Below, one piece after another: positions 25,566-33,709 of a DNA stretch of 55,018 nt (positions are counted from its first letter, which is position 1; every line of letters starts with the position of its first letter). A program made the translations under genes and the position numbers. The stretch is from a virus (taxonomy: Duplodnaviria; Caudoviricetes). The notes beneath the pieces were generated by a model that saw only the letters and a list, made by a program, of their open reading frames with translations, ran no database searches and was not told the DNA's origin. Location: positions 1-55,018 of the IMG/VR virus record IMGVR_UViG_3300006903_000014, one strand, 5' to 3'.

Positions 25566-26237
25566 GCCGAACGGATGGCCCAGGTTCGCGAATCGCTCGA
25601 GCGTGTCCCAGGCTCCGGGTCTCTCCGGCTGGGGATGGGGCCGCTCCGCCCTCCGATAGAGCAGGTTCGCCCACACGTCGCTGCGGACGAAGAACGCGTT
25701 GACGCCCCGGCTCTCGCAGTAGACCAGCGTGTAGCCCTTCCGCTGCGCCAGGCAGGCCAGGCCCATCAGCGATGCCCCGAAGTAGGCGTCGCCCGACCAG
25801 ACGAAATCGTTGTCCCTCGGGACGCTCGCGATCCACCCCGGTCCGAGCTGCGCGTTGTACTCGATCACGACGACCCGCGGGAGCAGGCGCATGGCCTCCC
25901 ATATCCACAGGTCCTGCCCGTCGACGTCGATCGAGACCAGGTCCGGCTGCGGGACCGTCGGCACGCCGAGCGCCTTGAAGATGGAGTTGACGTTGTCCGG
26001 GGTGATCCTGACCTTCACCACCCCGGCGGACGGGTCGCCGTCCCTGTCGATCCAGACGCCGCTCCAGCCCCGCTGCAGCAGCAGCCGCGTGTTGCACTCC
26101 TCGGCGCGCGGGCCGGTCCCGATCTCGACGTAGTAGCGCGAGCGCTCCCCGATCGCGCGGAAGATGGACTCGATCACGCCGTCCTCGCCGTTCTGGCTGA
26201 AGACCTTCGCCTCCGCGATCGGCAGGGCGGGCGTCAC
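25557..26237 (-). CDS. FkbM-like SAM-dependent methyltransferase
   Basis: FSQNGEDGVI, YVEIG, NT..L...GW.G..ID, DLVSIDVDG.D.WIW, PRVVVIEYN, GASL, GVNAFFVR. Confidence 0.85.
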   Translation of the reverse strand: MTPALPIAEAKVFSQNGEDGVIESIFRAIGERSRYYVEIGTGPRAEECNTRLLLQRGWSGVWIDRDGDPSAGVVKVRITPDNVNSIFKALGVPTVPQPDLVSIDVDGQDLWIWEAMRLLPRVVVIEYNAQLGPGWIASVPRDNDFVWSGDAYFGASLMGLACLAQRKGYTLVYCESRGVNAFFVRSDVWANLLYRRAERPHPQPERPGAWDTLERFANLGHPFGLK

Positions 26238-27052
26238 TCCGAGGCCATCCTGTTCATGACCTCGCTGACCCTGCGGCCCCAGCGACGCTCCCACGCGGGG
26301 AGCCCGACGTCGCGGACGAAGGCCAGTGCCTCGGCCGGCGCCATGTCCGGCTCCAGCGCCTTGTAGAACCAGCCCCGGCCCCCCATCGACGGTATCGCCC
26401 GGATGACCCGTCCGAGCATGATGCTCTCCGCCCAGCACCAGACTGGCTTGCGGCCCCAGCGGCGCGCGATCCGGCGGCGGAGCGGCATCACCTCCGACCA
26501 CCAGGTGGATTCGTTCGTGCCCTGCCAGACGTCCAGGAGGTAGTGGTCGAACTCGACGTCCGTGCGTAGCAGGAAGTCGTGGAGGTCGCCGCCGATGATC
26601 GAGACGCCGCCCGGGCGGCAGAGCTGAATGACGTCCGGCGACAGCTCGACCACCGTCACGGCCGCGACTCCGGGCAGGTCGCGCACCTTCGCGGCCAGGA
26701 TCCCGAGGCCAGGCCCGCCCACGAGCACCCGGCCGCTCGGCCGCACCTTCGCGAGCATCTCGTCGATCTGGCGCAGCTCGCGCGGCTCGTCCGTCATCCA
26801 GACCCGCTCGCCCCACGGGTGGAGCTGCACGAGCTGGTGGACCCGGACGGGCACGTCGTAGGTCACGTACTCGACCTTGCGCCGCGTGAGGAACGCCTCG
26901 CGCTGGTCGACGACGGCGACCGGCACGCCCGGGACGAACACGCGGTGCTTGATGGCGTGGATCCCCACGCGCCGCTCGGGCAGGTCCACCGGGGAGCCCG
27001 GCACCCTGGTCTCGCACGTCCCCTCGACCGGCTCGATGTACTGGTCGCTCAA
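26234..27052 (-). CDS. Spermidine-synthase-like class I SAM methyltransferase
   Basis: TTG 27052; WMTD.P.E, G.VLVGG.GLG, VTVVE...DVI, FD....DVW. Confidence 0.75.
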   Translation of the reverse strand: MSDQYIEPVEGTCETRVPGSPVDLPERRVGIHAIKHRVFVPGVPVAVVDQREAFLTRRKVEYVTYDVPVRVHQLVQLHPWGERVWMTDEPRELRQIDEMLAKVRPSGRVLVGGPGLGILAAKVRDLPGVAAVTVVELSPDVIQLCRPGGVSIIGGDLHDFLLRTDVEFDHYLLDVWQGTNESTWWSEVMPLRRRIARRWGRKPVWCWAESIMLGRVIRAIPSMGGRGWFYKALEPDMAPAEALAFVRDVGLPAWERRWGRRVSEVMNRMASE

Positions 27053-27066
27053 CCTTGCCCCCCTTC

Positions 27067-27568
27067 TCAGAATTCGGCGCCGGGGCGCTGCTTCGCCCGG
27101 CCCACGCCGCTCTCGTCCGACACCAGCCGCTGCTCGAAGCCGAACGGGAACCGCAGCCCCGGCTCGGCCAGGGGCGAACAGGTGATACTGGTTGGCGGAG
27201 TCGACGCGCCGGCTCTCCGCCGGGAACAGCTCCACGGCCTCGCGCTCCGCCGACAGGATGGCGTTCTTCACCCGCTGCAGCTCCCGCCAGTCTCGGATGG
27301 GCTCGCGATCGTTGCGCTTGATGGAGAGGTGGAGCAGGGCCGGCCAGTTCTGCGGCCCCGCGTTCCTGTAGAGCGCGACCGTGTACAGCTCGTTCTTCCA
27401 GACCTCGCCCGCGGCCAGGTGCCCCTTGACCCACGCGGCAAGCCGGTTCTCGTCCACGATCCCCAGCTCGGCGTAGAAGTCGGGCCGCGCGCGGAAGTCG
27501 CGCAGCGTCTCCGCCACGGCGCGCGCGACCTCGTCCGCTGGGTACTCCGCCCGCTCGAACGGGGTCAC
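27067..27568 (-). CDS. DUF7694-like protein, apparently frameshifted at 27171-27174
   Basis: HLSIKR.DR.PI.DWR.LQ.VKN...E.EAVELFPAESR.VD.ANQYHL; removing one C gives ...RFPFGF..RLV...* at 27067. Confidence 0.7.
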
Positions 27569-27708
27569 ACGCGCCCCCGCAGCGCCGCGATGAAGTTGGC
27601 GCAATAGCCGCAGGTACACCAGCGCTTCGGGATATAGGGCGCGTGCCCGAGTCGGCGCCAGTATGCCACGGGGCCGAGGCCGAGCGCCCGCTCCAGAACG
27701 GCCCTCAC
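27565..27708 (-). CDS. Small Cys-containing protein
   Basis: GTGA overlaps at both ends; CTCGYC. Confidence 0.45.
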   Translation of the reverse strand: MRAVLERALGLGPVAYWRRLGHAPYIPKRWCTCGYCANFIAALRGRV

Positions 27709-27944
27709 CGCAGATCCATCAGCCGCCCGGTCGCGCGCGGCCTGGCCCCGTCGAGGTCGACCGGTTCCTCGCAGTCCAGTTCTCGCCTCAGCTCGGTCAG
27801 GCGCACCGCGGCGCGGCCGGCCGCCTCGCGCCACTTGCGCACCTTCGTCTCGGCGAGCTTCCGCCTGCGCTCCCAGCGCCGGTACATCTCCGTGGCCTTC
27901 TCCTGCGCCGCCTTCGCCCGCTTCCACCGCTGCTCGATCGACAT
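27705..27944 (-). CDS. Small basic coiled-coil protein
   Basis: GAGG RBS; Lys/Arg-rich helix. Confidence 0.55.
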   Translation of the reverse strand: MSIEQRWKRAKAAQEKATEMYRRWERRRKLAETKVRKWREAAGRAAVRLTELRRELDCEEPVDLDGARPRATGRLMDLR

Positions 27945-28025
27945 CTCGCCTCACTTTCACTGCTACCAGGTCCTCCGGAATCCCGAACCACCCCGCGACC
28001 TCAGCCGCCGTGAGCCACCGCGCCG

Positions 28026-28439
28026 TCACCGCCGCTCGGCCAGCGAGCAGCGCCACGCCTCCTCCGCGGTCGCGTACCAGCGGAGCAGCTCGTCGCCGCC
28101 GCAGGCCCGGATCCTGACGAACGCCTCCGGGTCCGGGGTGATGCCTCGGGCCGCGAGCCTGGCGCGGCAGGCCATCAGGCCGGCTGCCGCGCGCGCCACG
28201 CCCAGCGTCGGCGTCCACGGTTCGGATTCCGGCTCCGGCCGGCGGGCCCACTCCCGGAGGCGCTCGAGCGCGGCCGCGACGTCCTCCTCGCGCGTCGTCG
28301 CCGGCCGCGCCACGTAGCTGACCCGCTCGAGGCTCTCCCGCTCCCGCCGGGCCCGGTCCGCCACGCCGGAGCGGACCAGGGCCACGCCGACGGCGACGGA
28401 CAGCGCCGCCGCCGTCAACCACCAGACTCGGGGCGCCAT
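28026..28439 (-). CDS. Membrane-anchored hypothetical protein
   Basis: GGAGGAG RBS; N-terminal TM helix. Confidence 0.55.
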   Translation of the reverse strand: MAPRVWWLTAAALSVAVGVALVRSGVADRARRERESLERVSYVARPATTREEDVAAALERLREWARRPEPESEPWTPTLGVARAAAGLMACRARLAARGITPDPEAFVRIRACGGDELLRWYATAEEAWRCSLAERR

Positions 28440-28441
28440 CG

Positions 28442-29404
28442 CTACTCCTCCAGCTCCATGAGGCGCGTGGGCCGATCCGTCACCATCGTCGCGAGCGCCG
28501 CCTTGATCTCGTCCATGCGCGCCCTCACGTGGTCGCGCAGGGCGCCCTCCTCGCGGAGCGTCTCGACGGTCACGCCCTCGAGCAGCTTGCGCAGGCGCTC
28601 GGAGACCTGCTCCAGCTCGGAGTCCCCCGTCACGTTCCGCAGCTTCACGGTGTCCAGGAACTCCCCCAGGTTGGAGACCAGCGTCGAGCGGAACACCTTC
28701 GGCTTGCCCGTCTTGCCGTCCACCTCGAGCCGATCGGCCATGTGGTCGACGAGGTCCTTCAGCTCCGCGCGCAGGAGCGCCTGGACCTGCTCGCCGACGG
28801 CGGCGATCGCGCGCTCTTGCTTCTCGACCTCGCGCTGGAAGATCGCGGCCGAGATGGCCTTTAGCTTCTTGGGCGTCGCGAACGTCAGCCATCGCGTGTC
28901 GAAGACGTAGGCCGCGCGGACCACGGCCGGCTTGGGATACTCGGCCTCGTCGAAGATGTCGCCGAGCTGCTCGCGGTCCGTCTCGATCAGCCCGCCCGGC
29001 GCCGCATAGGCGTCGATGAGCGCCGTCACCAGGGCGGTCCGCTCGACGTCGCGCTCTGCGAGGTAGTCGTCGACCTCCTCGACGCCCTCGAAGGCGACCA
29101 GGTATAGCCCGCCGCGGAAGAACGACGGCACCGAGTGCTCCACGACCCACTCGCGCGTACCGCCGTCGTGCTTCCGGATCGCGTCGACCAGCGGGTGGCG
29201 GAGGATGCGCTTCGTGACGCGGACCAGCTTCTTGTCCGCGTCGGTCTGCACCAGCTCGCTGTCGACCCGGCGCGAGGTGCCGTACCGCCCCAGCGTCAGG
29301 GACAGGCACAGCGTCCGTTCCATCACGCCGCCGAGGTCCTGCACGTTCTCGCCCGCCTGAGCCTGCGCCAGGCTGCCGCCCGGCATCGCCGTCGCGGTCG
29401 TCAT
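28442..29404 (-). CDS. DUF3150-like coiled-coil protein
   Basis: K.I....SVP..F..G.YLV...LG..F...EYP....V...Y.F...KVFR.TLV.N..EF....NV..D..L pattern. Confidence 0.65.
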   Translation of the reverse strand: MTTATAMPGGSLAQAQAGENVQDLGGVMERTLCLSLTLGRYGTSRRVDSELVQTDADKKLVRVTKRILRHPLVDAIRKHDGGTREWVVEHSVPSFFRGGLYLVAFEGVEEVDDYLAERDVERTALVTALIDAYAAPGGLIETDREQLGDIFDEAEYPKPAVVRAAYVFDTRWLTFATPKKLKAISAAIFQREVEKQERAIAAVGEQVQALLRAELKDLVDHMADRLEVDGKTGKPKVFRSTLVSNLGEFLDTVKLRNVTGDSELEQVSERLRKLLEGVTVETLREEGALRDHVRARMDEIKAALATMVTDRPTRLMELEE

Positions 29405-29670
29405 CGTCCACCTCCCAGGGGCTCCGGGATCCCGTGCCCCTCGATCCAGTCCCGCTCCGCCTTGAGCGCCGTCGACCGGCGCCCGAACGGCCCGACCGTC
29501 GGGCCGCCGACGGGCGCCAGGTCGGCGACCCACTGCCCGGAGTCGTCCGGCTCGACCGTCGACGCGCGGCGGATCAGCACGTCCCCCACCGCGCTCGCGA
29601 TCGGCGCGAGGTCGTCGTCGTGAACGAAGCGCAGGTCGCCGTTGGGGCCCACCACGATGAGCGCGCTCAC
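29401..29670 (-). CDS. Conserved small partner protein of the AAA operon
   Basis: GTGA overlap; IRRAS.VEPD..G.W.ADL.PV.GP..GPF..RS.AL.AE..W. Confidence 0.75.
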   Translation of the reverse strand: MSALIVVGPNGDLRFVHDDDLAPIASAVGDVLIRRASTVEPDDSGQWVADLAPVGGPTVGPFGRRSTALKAERDWIEGHGIPEPLGGGR

Positions 29671-29852
29671 CGCTGGCGCTCCCGCTCGCGCTCGCTGTAC
29701 TCCGGCGTGCGCCGGTTGCTCGCGACGTCGCCGAGCGCCTGCTCGAGGGCGCGCGTGGCCCGCTCGCACTCCGGGCCCGAGAACCCCCTCATGTCCCCGA
29801 TCTCGACCTCGCCCTCGGGCGAGACCGTCACGTTGAAGCTGCGGAGCGCCAT
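29667..29852 (-). CDS. DUF2997 family protein
   Basis: V.VSPEGEV.I...GF.G..C...T..LE.ALG......TPEY. Confidence 0.85.
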   Translation of the reverse strand: MALRSFNVTVSPEGEVEIGDMRGFSGPECERATRALEQALGDVASNRRTPEYSERERERQR

Positions 29853-29855
29853 CGC

Positions 29856-30353
29856 TCACCCCCTCCATCCGGAGGCGGCGACTCTGATCTGCACGGAGCC
29901 GTCCTCCTGGACCTTGACGCCCTCGACCCGGCCACCGCGCCGCTTGACCTCGGCCTTCACCTTCTCCACGGCGTACGCCTGGCAGAGCTGGGCGCCCGCC
30001 GTCTTGGGCAGGCGACCGACCATGTAGTAGTCCCACACCGGCACGAAGCCGCGCCCGCTCGGCGCCTTGCGGAGGCCGATCTCGTAGGTTGCCCCCGGGA
30101 CCCGGATCGCGTGCTCGCAGCCGCGGAGCAGCTTGGTCATCTCCTTGATTCGCTCGTGGTCGGCGAGCCCCTTCAGGCGCGCGACCTCTGCCGGCGTGAA
30201 CAGGTGCTCCGGGATGGCCGTGTCGCCCACCCACGAGCCGTACCAGTTGTACGTCTGCTGCCCCTCCAGGAACTCCCAGCCGAGCGTCTTGCAGGCCGCG
30301 CGCACGGCCGAGAGGTCGTCCATCCGCGTCTTCACCGTCACCACGTGGCTCAT
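29856..30353 (-). CDS. DUF1257 (Ycf35-like) protein
   Basis: MSHVVTVKT...DL..V..AC..LG...YEIG.....WDY...L.QAYAVE......G..V.......DGS..I.V. Confidence 0.85.
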   Translation of the reverse strand: MSHVVTVKTRMDDLSAVRAACKTLGWEFLEGQQTYNWYGSWVGDTAIPEHLFTPAEVARLKGLADHERIKEMTKLLRGCEHAIRVPGATYEIGLRKAPSGRGFVPVWDYYMVGRLPKTAGAQLCQAYAVEKVKAEVKRRGGRVEGVKVQEDGSVQIRVAASGWRG

Positions 30354-31868
30354 CTACTTCGCTCCTTGCATCTGCGAGAGGTCCCGGCCGCCCCGGAGCG
30401 CAGCCTCCGGTCGGTCCGCGCGATACGCGCCCTCATGCTGGGCGCTCAGGAAGCGCCCCTCCGCGAGCTGGCGCGCCTTCTTGATGGAGTCGGGGTCCGC
30501 CTTCGACACGGGCACGATCCGCCGCGACGCCTCGACCAGGCCGCAGTTCAGGCGATAGGCCAGCTCGCAGCAGTTGCGGATCTCGGCCCCCGTCCAGCCC
30601 GCGTCGTCGGGCAGCTCGGCGTCCTCGATCCCCCGGCGCTCGCGATGCAGCGCCCAGATCGCGGCGCGCTCCTCGGCCGACGGCAGGTCGAAGAACCAGA
30701 TGCCCATCCAGAACCGGCGACGCAGCTCGGGCGAGAGCGAGTCCAGGCGGTTCGCGGTCCCCACGACCAGGACGCGGTTGCGCCCCACGGCCTTGACGAC
30801 CTTCATCATGTCGCGGATGCCGCGCTCGCTCTGCCCCACGTACTCGCCCTTGGTCGCGCCGAGGTCCCCCGATAGGAGCGGCACGCGCATCGTCCCGGCC
30901 AGGCCGCGCGCGAAGTGGCTCTTGCCGGTGCCGGGCGGCCCATACAGGATGACGCCGCTCCAGCCGTTGTCCTCCATCTCCCGCAGGATCACGCCATGCT
31001 GGTCATCGGAGACGCCCGACGTGTCGCGCCCGTGCCCGGTCCCGCCGAGCATCTTCTCAATCTCATCCAGGTGGAAGACGGCCTCCGGCGGCACCGGGCC
31101 GGCGGCGAGCTGGCGCGCGAAGCCGCTGATGGACGGCAGGCCGCGCAGGTCGTCGAGGGAGTCGCGCCCATAGACCAGCTCGATCCCCCGCGTGTTGATC
31201 GCGACCCGCTTCCGGTCCCACAGCTCGTCGAGGCGCAGACCGCTCTTGCGCATGCTCATGGCGGCGATAGTCTCGGCCTCGAAGGCGGAGAGGCCGCGCA
31301 CGGCCGCCACCGCCGGCTCGAGCCCGCTCTTGGGCAGGTCCACCCCGCCGTCCTTGTACAGCGCCTTCAGGATGCCCGCCAGCGCCGCGTCATCCGGGAG
31401 CTGCTCGTCGAGTACCACGACGTCGTGGCGCAGCTCGCTCGGGAGCGGCATGTCGGGCCCCATCAGGACGAGCATCCGGCCGTCGGCCTTGTACCTGTTC
31501 CGCAGGTTCGCCACCGCCTGCGCCACGATCGGGTCGGCGATGTGCCGGTGCGCGTTCCACATCAGGAGCAGGCTGCGCCGCGGGAACTTGTCGGCGAGCT
31601 GGAGCGCGACGTCCGGCTGCCGGCTCTGAGAGGCCAGCTCGTCCGGCGGCATGTCGAGCCCCGCCACGGCTGCCGCCCCGGCGTCGTTCAGCGCGACCAG
31701 GCCGCGGCAGGCATCCCACTGCACCTTGGGGCTCTCGGACGGGATCGCGCTGCAGATGCGGTCGACCAGGGCGTGCTGGTCCGGCGTCATCAACCCGACC
31801 ACCGGCGTCGAGACGTTGCGCGCCGAGACCAGGGTGTCGACGATGTCCTTCTCCGCGCGGCCCGTCAT
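30354..31868 (-). CDS. Ycf46-like AAA+ ATPase with permuted Walker B/Walker A order
   Basis: Degenerate N-terminal AAA-like domain; FHLDEIEK (31079-53), GPPGTGKS (30941-18), YVGQSE, VGTAN, PELRRRF, FFDLP, WTGAEI. Confidence 0.9.
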   Translation of the reverse strand: MTGRAEKDIVDTLVSARNVSTPVVGLMTPDQHALVDRICSAIPSESPKVQWDACRGLVALNDAGAAAVAGLDMPPDELASQSRQPDVALQLADKFPRRSLLLMWNAHRHIADPIVAQAVANLRNRYKADGRMLVLMGPDMPLPSELRHDVVVLDEQLPDDAALAGILKALYKDGGVDLPKSGLEPAVAAVRGLSAFEAETIAAMSMRKSGLRLDELWDRKRVAINTRGIELVYGRDSLDDLRGLPSISGFARQLAAGPVPPEAVFHLDEIEKMLGGTGHGRDTSGVSDDQHGVILREMEDNGWSGVILYGPPGTGKSHFARGLAGTMRVPLLSGDLGATKGEYVGQSERGIRDMMKVVKAVGRNRVLVVGTANRLDSLSPELRRRFWMGIWFFDLPSAEERAAIWALHRERRGIEDAELPDDAGWTGAEIRNCCELAYRLNCGLVEASRRIVPVSKADPDSIKKARQLAEGRFLSAQHEGAYRADRPEAALRGGRDLSQMQGAK

Positions 31869-32143
31869 CGCCGCCCCCGCATCATCGGCGCGAGCCGGAA
31901 CCGGGGGTCGGCGTCCAGCTTCCGCTCCATGAACGCCATCGCCTCCTCGAGCGCCTCGACCCGGCGCCGGCACGCCTCGCACGAGCAGCCCAGCGAGTAG
32001 CGCCCGCAGCCGGGCAGCGCGTTGACTCGGCCCATCAGCTCGTCCTGCCTGGCGTCGCCGGAGCAGGCCGGGAGAACGGCGGGGGTCCGCCCCATCGTCT
32101 CTCCGCCCTCGGCCGGGTTGGGTCCGTCCGCCCGGGCCGTCAC
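31865..32143 (-). CDS. Small Cys-containing protein
   Basis: Y..GC.C..C motif; coupled. Confidence 0.55.
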   Translation of the reverse strand: MTARADGPNPAEGGETMGRTPAVLPACSGDARQDELMGRVNALPGCGRYSLGCSCEACRRRVEALEEAMAFMERKLDADPRFRLAPMMRGRR

Positions 32144-32355
32144 AGCGCCTCCGTGTAGACCAGCTCCCGGCTGTCGGCGTCGTACACCAGGCCGCGAGCG
32201 TCCGTCTGCCCGCGAAGCCAGGCGCTCTCCAGCGCGGCCGCCGCGCGCTCGATCGTGCGGAACTTCGAGCCCCCGCGCCGCGGCACAACGCGGAGCCGCC
32301 GCCCATCTGCTTCCAGGATCGCCACGAACCGCCCGTCCTGCCCCAGGTCCTTCAT
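32140..32355 (-). CDS. Hypothetical protein (first gene after the second early promoter)
   Basis: GGGAGG RBS. Confidence 0.65.
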   Translation of the reverse strand: MKDLGQDGRFVAILEADGRRLRVVPRRGGSKFRTIERAAAALESAWLRGQTDARGLVYDADSRELVYTEAL

Positions 32356-32364
32356 GCTCGCCTC

Positions 32365-32408
32365 CCTTATCTTGGCTCTAATATAGCACGTATATTATAG
32401 GCTGTCTA
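32365..32408 (-). promoter_or_regulatory. Sigma70 early promoter with a putative operator
   Basis: TAGACA-N17-TATATT with TG extension; spacer contains TATAATATAC, shared with the 35633-35678 site. Confidence 0.75.
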
Positions 32409-32427
32409 GCCCCCCCCCAAGAAAAAA

Positions 32428-33090
32428 CTACTCGGGCAGGCGGTCGACGTCCTCGCGCCCCGGCGGCGCCAGGAGCAGCGGGACGTCCCCGGCCATCACG
32501 GCCGTGAGCTGAGCCGGGCTGGCGAACGCGCGGTCCAGCTTCAACAGGAGCGCCTCATATCCCCCGCATAGCGCCGCGAACCACGCCTCGGCCTCCGGCG
32601 TCCACTCGACGCATCCCGGCGCCCTGTCCCCATGCGGGACGTTCAGGGCGTTGCGCGTGATTCGGAACGCCGTCGGGATGGAGCTGTCGAGGAACTCGTA
32701 GCGGTACTTGACCACGCCCGTGCGCGGCGCCGCCACGGCGATCTCGTCGTAGACGCCGACGGCCAGCTCCAGCGCCATCCCCTCCGACAGACCCATCTCC
32801 GACCGCGCGAGGACCGCCCGGCCGGAGCGCTGGATCCGCGCGCACATCCTGACGTGATAGACAATCACCCGGCGGCGCGTGGTCCTGCTCAGCAGGTACT
32901 CCTTGACGGCCGCCTCCCAGGCGGACTTGCAGGCCTCGAGCGTCGGCCCGCCCATCTCCCGCCGGCCGCCGAGGACCTCGACGACGTAATCCGGCAGGTT
33001 CGCGGTGAACAGGCCGTCCCTGTCGCAGCGGATCTCGCGATGGAACTCCTTCCCGCCAATCCAGACCGTCTCGCTCCTGACCTTCGCCAT
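32428..33090 (-). CDS. Hypothetical protein
   Basis: GAGGAGG RBS; globular composition. Confidence 0.65.
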   Translation of the reverse strand: MAKVRSETVWIGGKEFHREIRCDRDGLFTANLPDYVVEVLGGRREMGGPTLEACKSAWEAAVKEYLLSRTTRRRVIVYHVRMCARIQRSGRAVLARSEMGLSEGMALELAVGVYDEIAVAAPRTGVVKYRYEFLDSSIPTAFRITRNALNVPHGDRAPGCVEWTPEAEAWFAALCGGYEALLLKLDRAFASPAQLTAVMAGDVPLLLAPPGREDVDRLPE

Positions 33091-33102
33091 TCGCCCCTCC
33101 TC

Positions 33103-33291
33103 TCAGCGAGCGGCCGACTCCGGCCGACGCCTGGTCACGACCTCGTGGCCGCACGCGTCACAGACCTTGTAGACGATGCCCGGGAAGCGTCCCTGGTCAG
33201 AATCCTTGCCTTCGATGAATCGGACCCGGGCGCCCCCGCATCTCGCGCATCCCGCCCGTCTCCTGTTGGCCTCCCGGACGGCCTCGCTCAT
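33103..33291 (-). CDS. Small Zn-ribbon protein
   Basis: CARCGG...VCDACGH. Confidence 0.55.
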   Translation of the reverse strand: MSEAVREANRRRAGCARCGGARVRFIEGKDSDQGRFPGIVYKVCDACGHEVVTRRRPESAAR

Positions 33292-33530
33292 TCCCGATCC
33301 CCGGCGGCTCCGCGAAGCCGCGCTCGCGCCCACGCCCGCTCGGCGTCCTGCTCGCGGAGCGCCCGGTGCGCGTCGCCGTCCGGGTCGAGCGCGTCGAGAA
33401 GGATCGCCCGGAGGCGGTAGTACTCCTCGACGTCGCCGGGCTGCGCCGGCCGCGACAGCATCCGAAAGAGACGGCCCAGCGCCAGGCTCACGACGAGGCG
33501 CTCCTCCGGCGCCGGGCCGTCCCCACTCAA
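33288..33530 (-). CDS. Hypothetical protein
   Basis: Coupled ORF. Confidence 0.5.
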   Translation of the reverse strand: MSGDGPAPEERLVVSLALGRLFRMLSRPAQPGDVEEYYRLRAILLDALDPDGDAHRALREQDAERAWARARLRGAAGDRE

Positions 33531-33709
33531 GACGTCTTCTCCGTCAGCTTCTCGACCGACTCCGGCCTGGAGCAGCGGTCGACGGCCCAGCCCCGCTTCT
33601 TCCAGTCCGGCCCGTGACGCTCATCCATCTGAGCGAGCGCCGCCTCGTCCGTGTCGACCTCGAAGACGTAGATCGGTTCTCCCCGGAATGACGCGACGAA
33701 GTGCCTCAC
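33527..33709 (-). CDS. Hypothetical protein
   Basis: GTGA overlap. Confidence 0.5.
   Translation of the reverse strand: MRHFVASFRGEPIYVFEVDTDEAALAQMDERHGPDWKKRGWAVDRCSRPESVEKLTEKTS

Noticed and set aside
27945-28029. Excisionase-like fragment WLTAAEVAGWFGI
   Set aside because: Too short, continues into a shadow frame without a clean stop, and there is no integrase; cannot be supported
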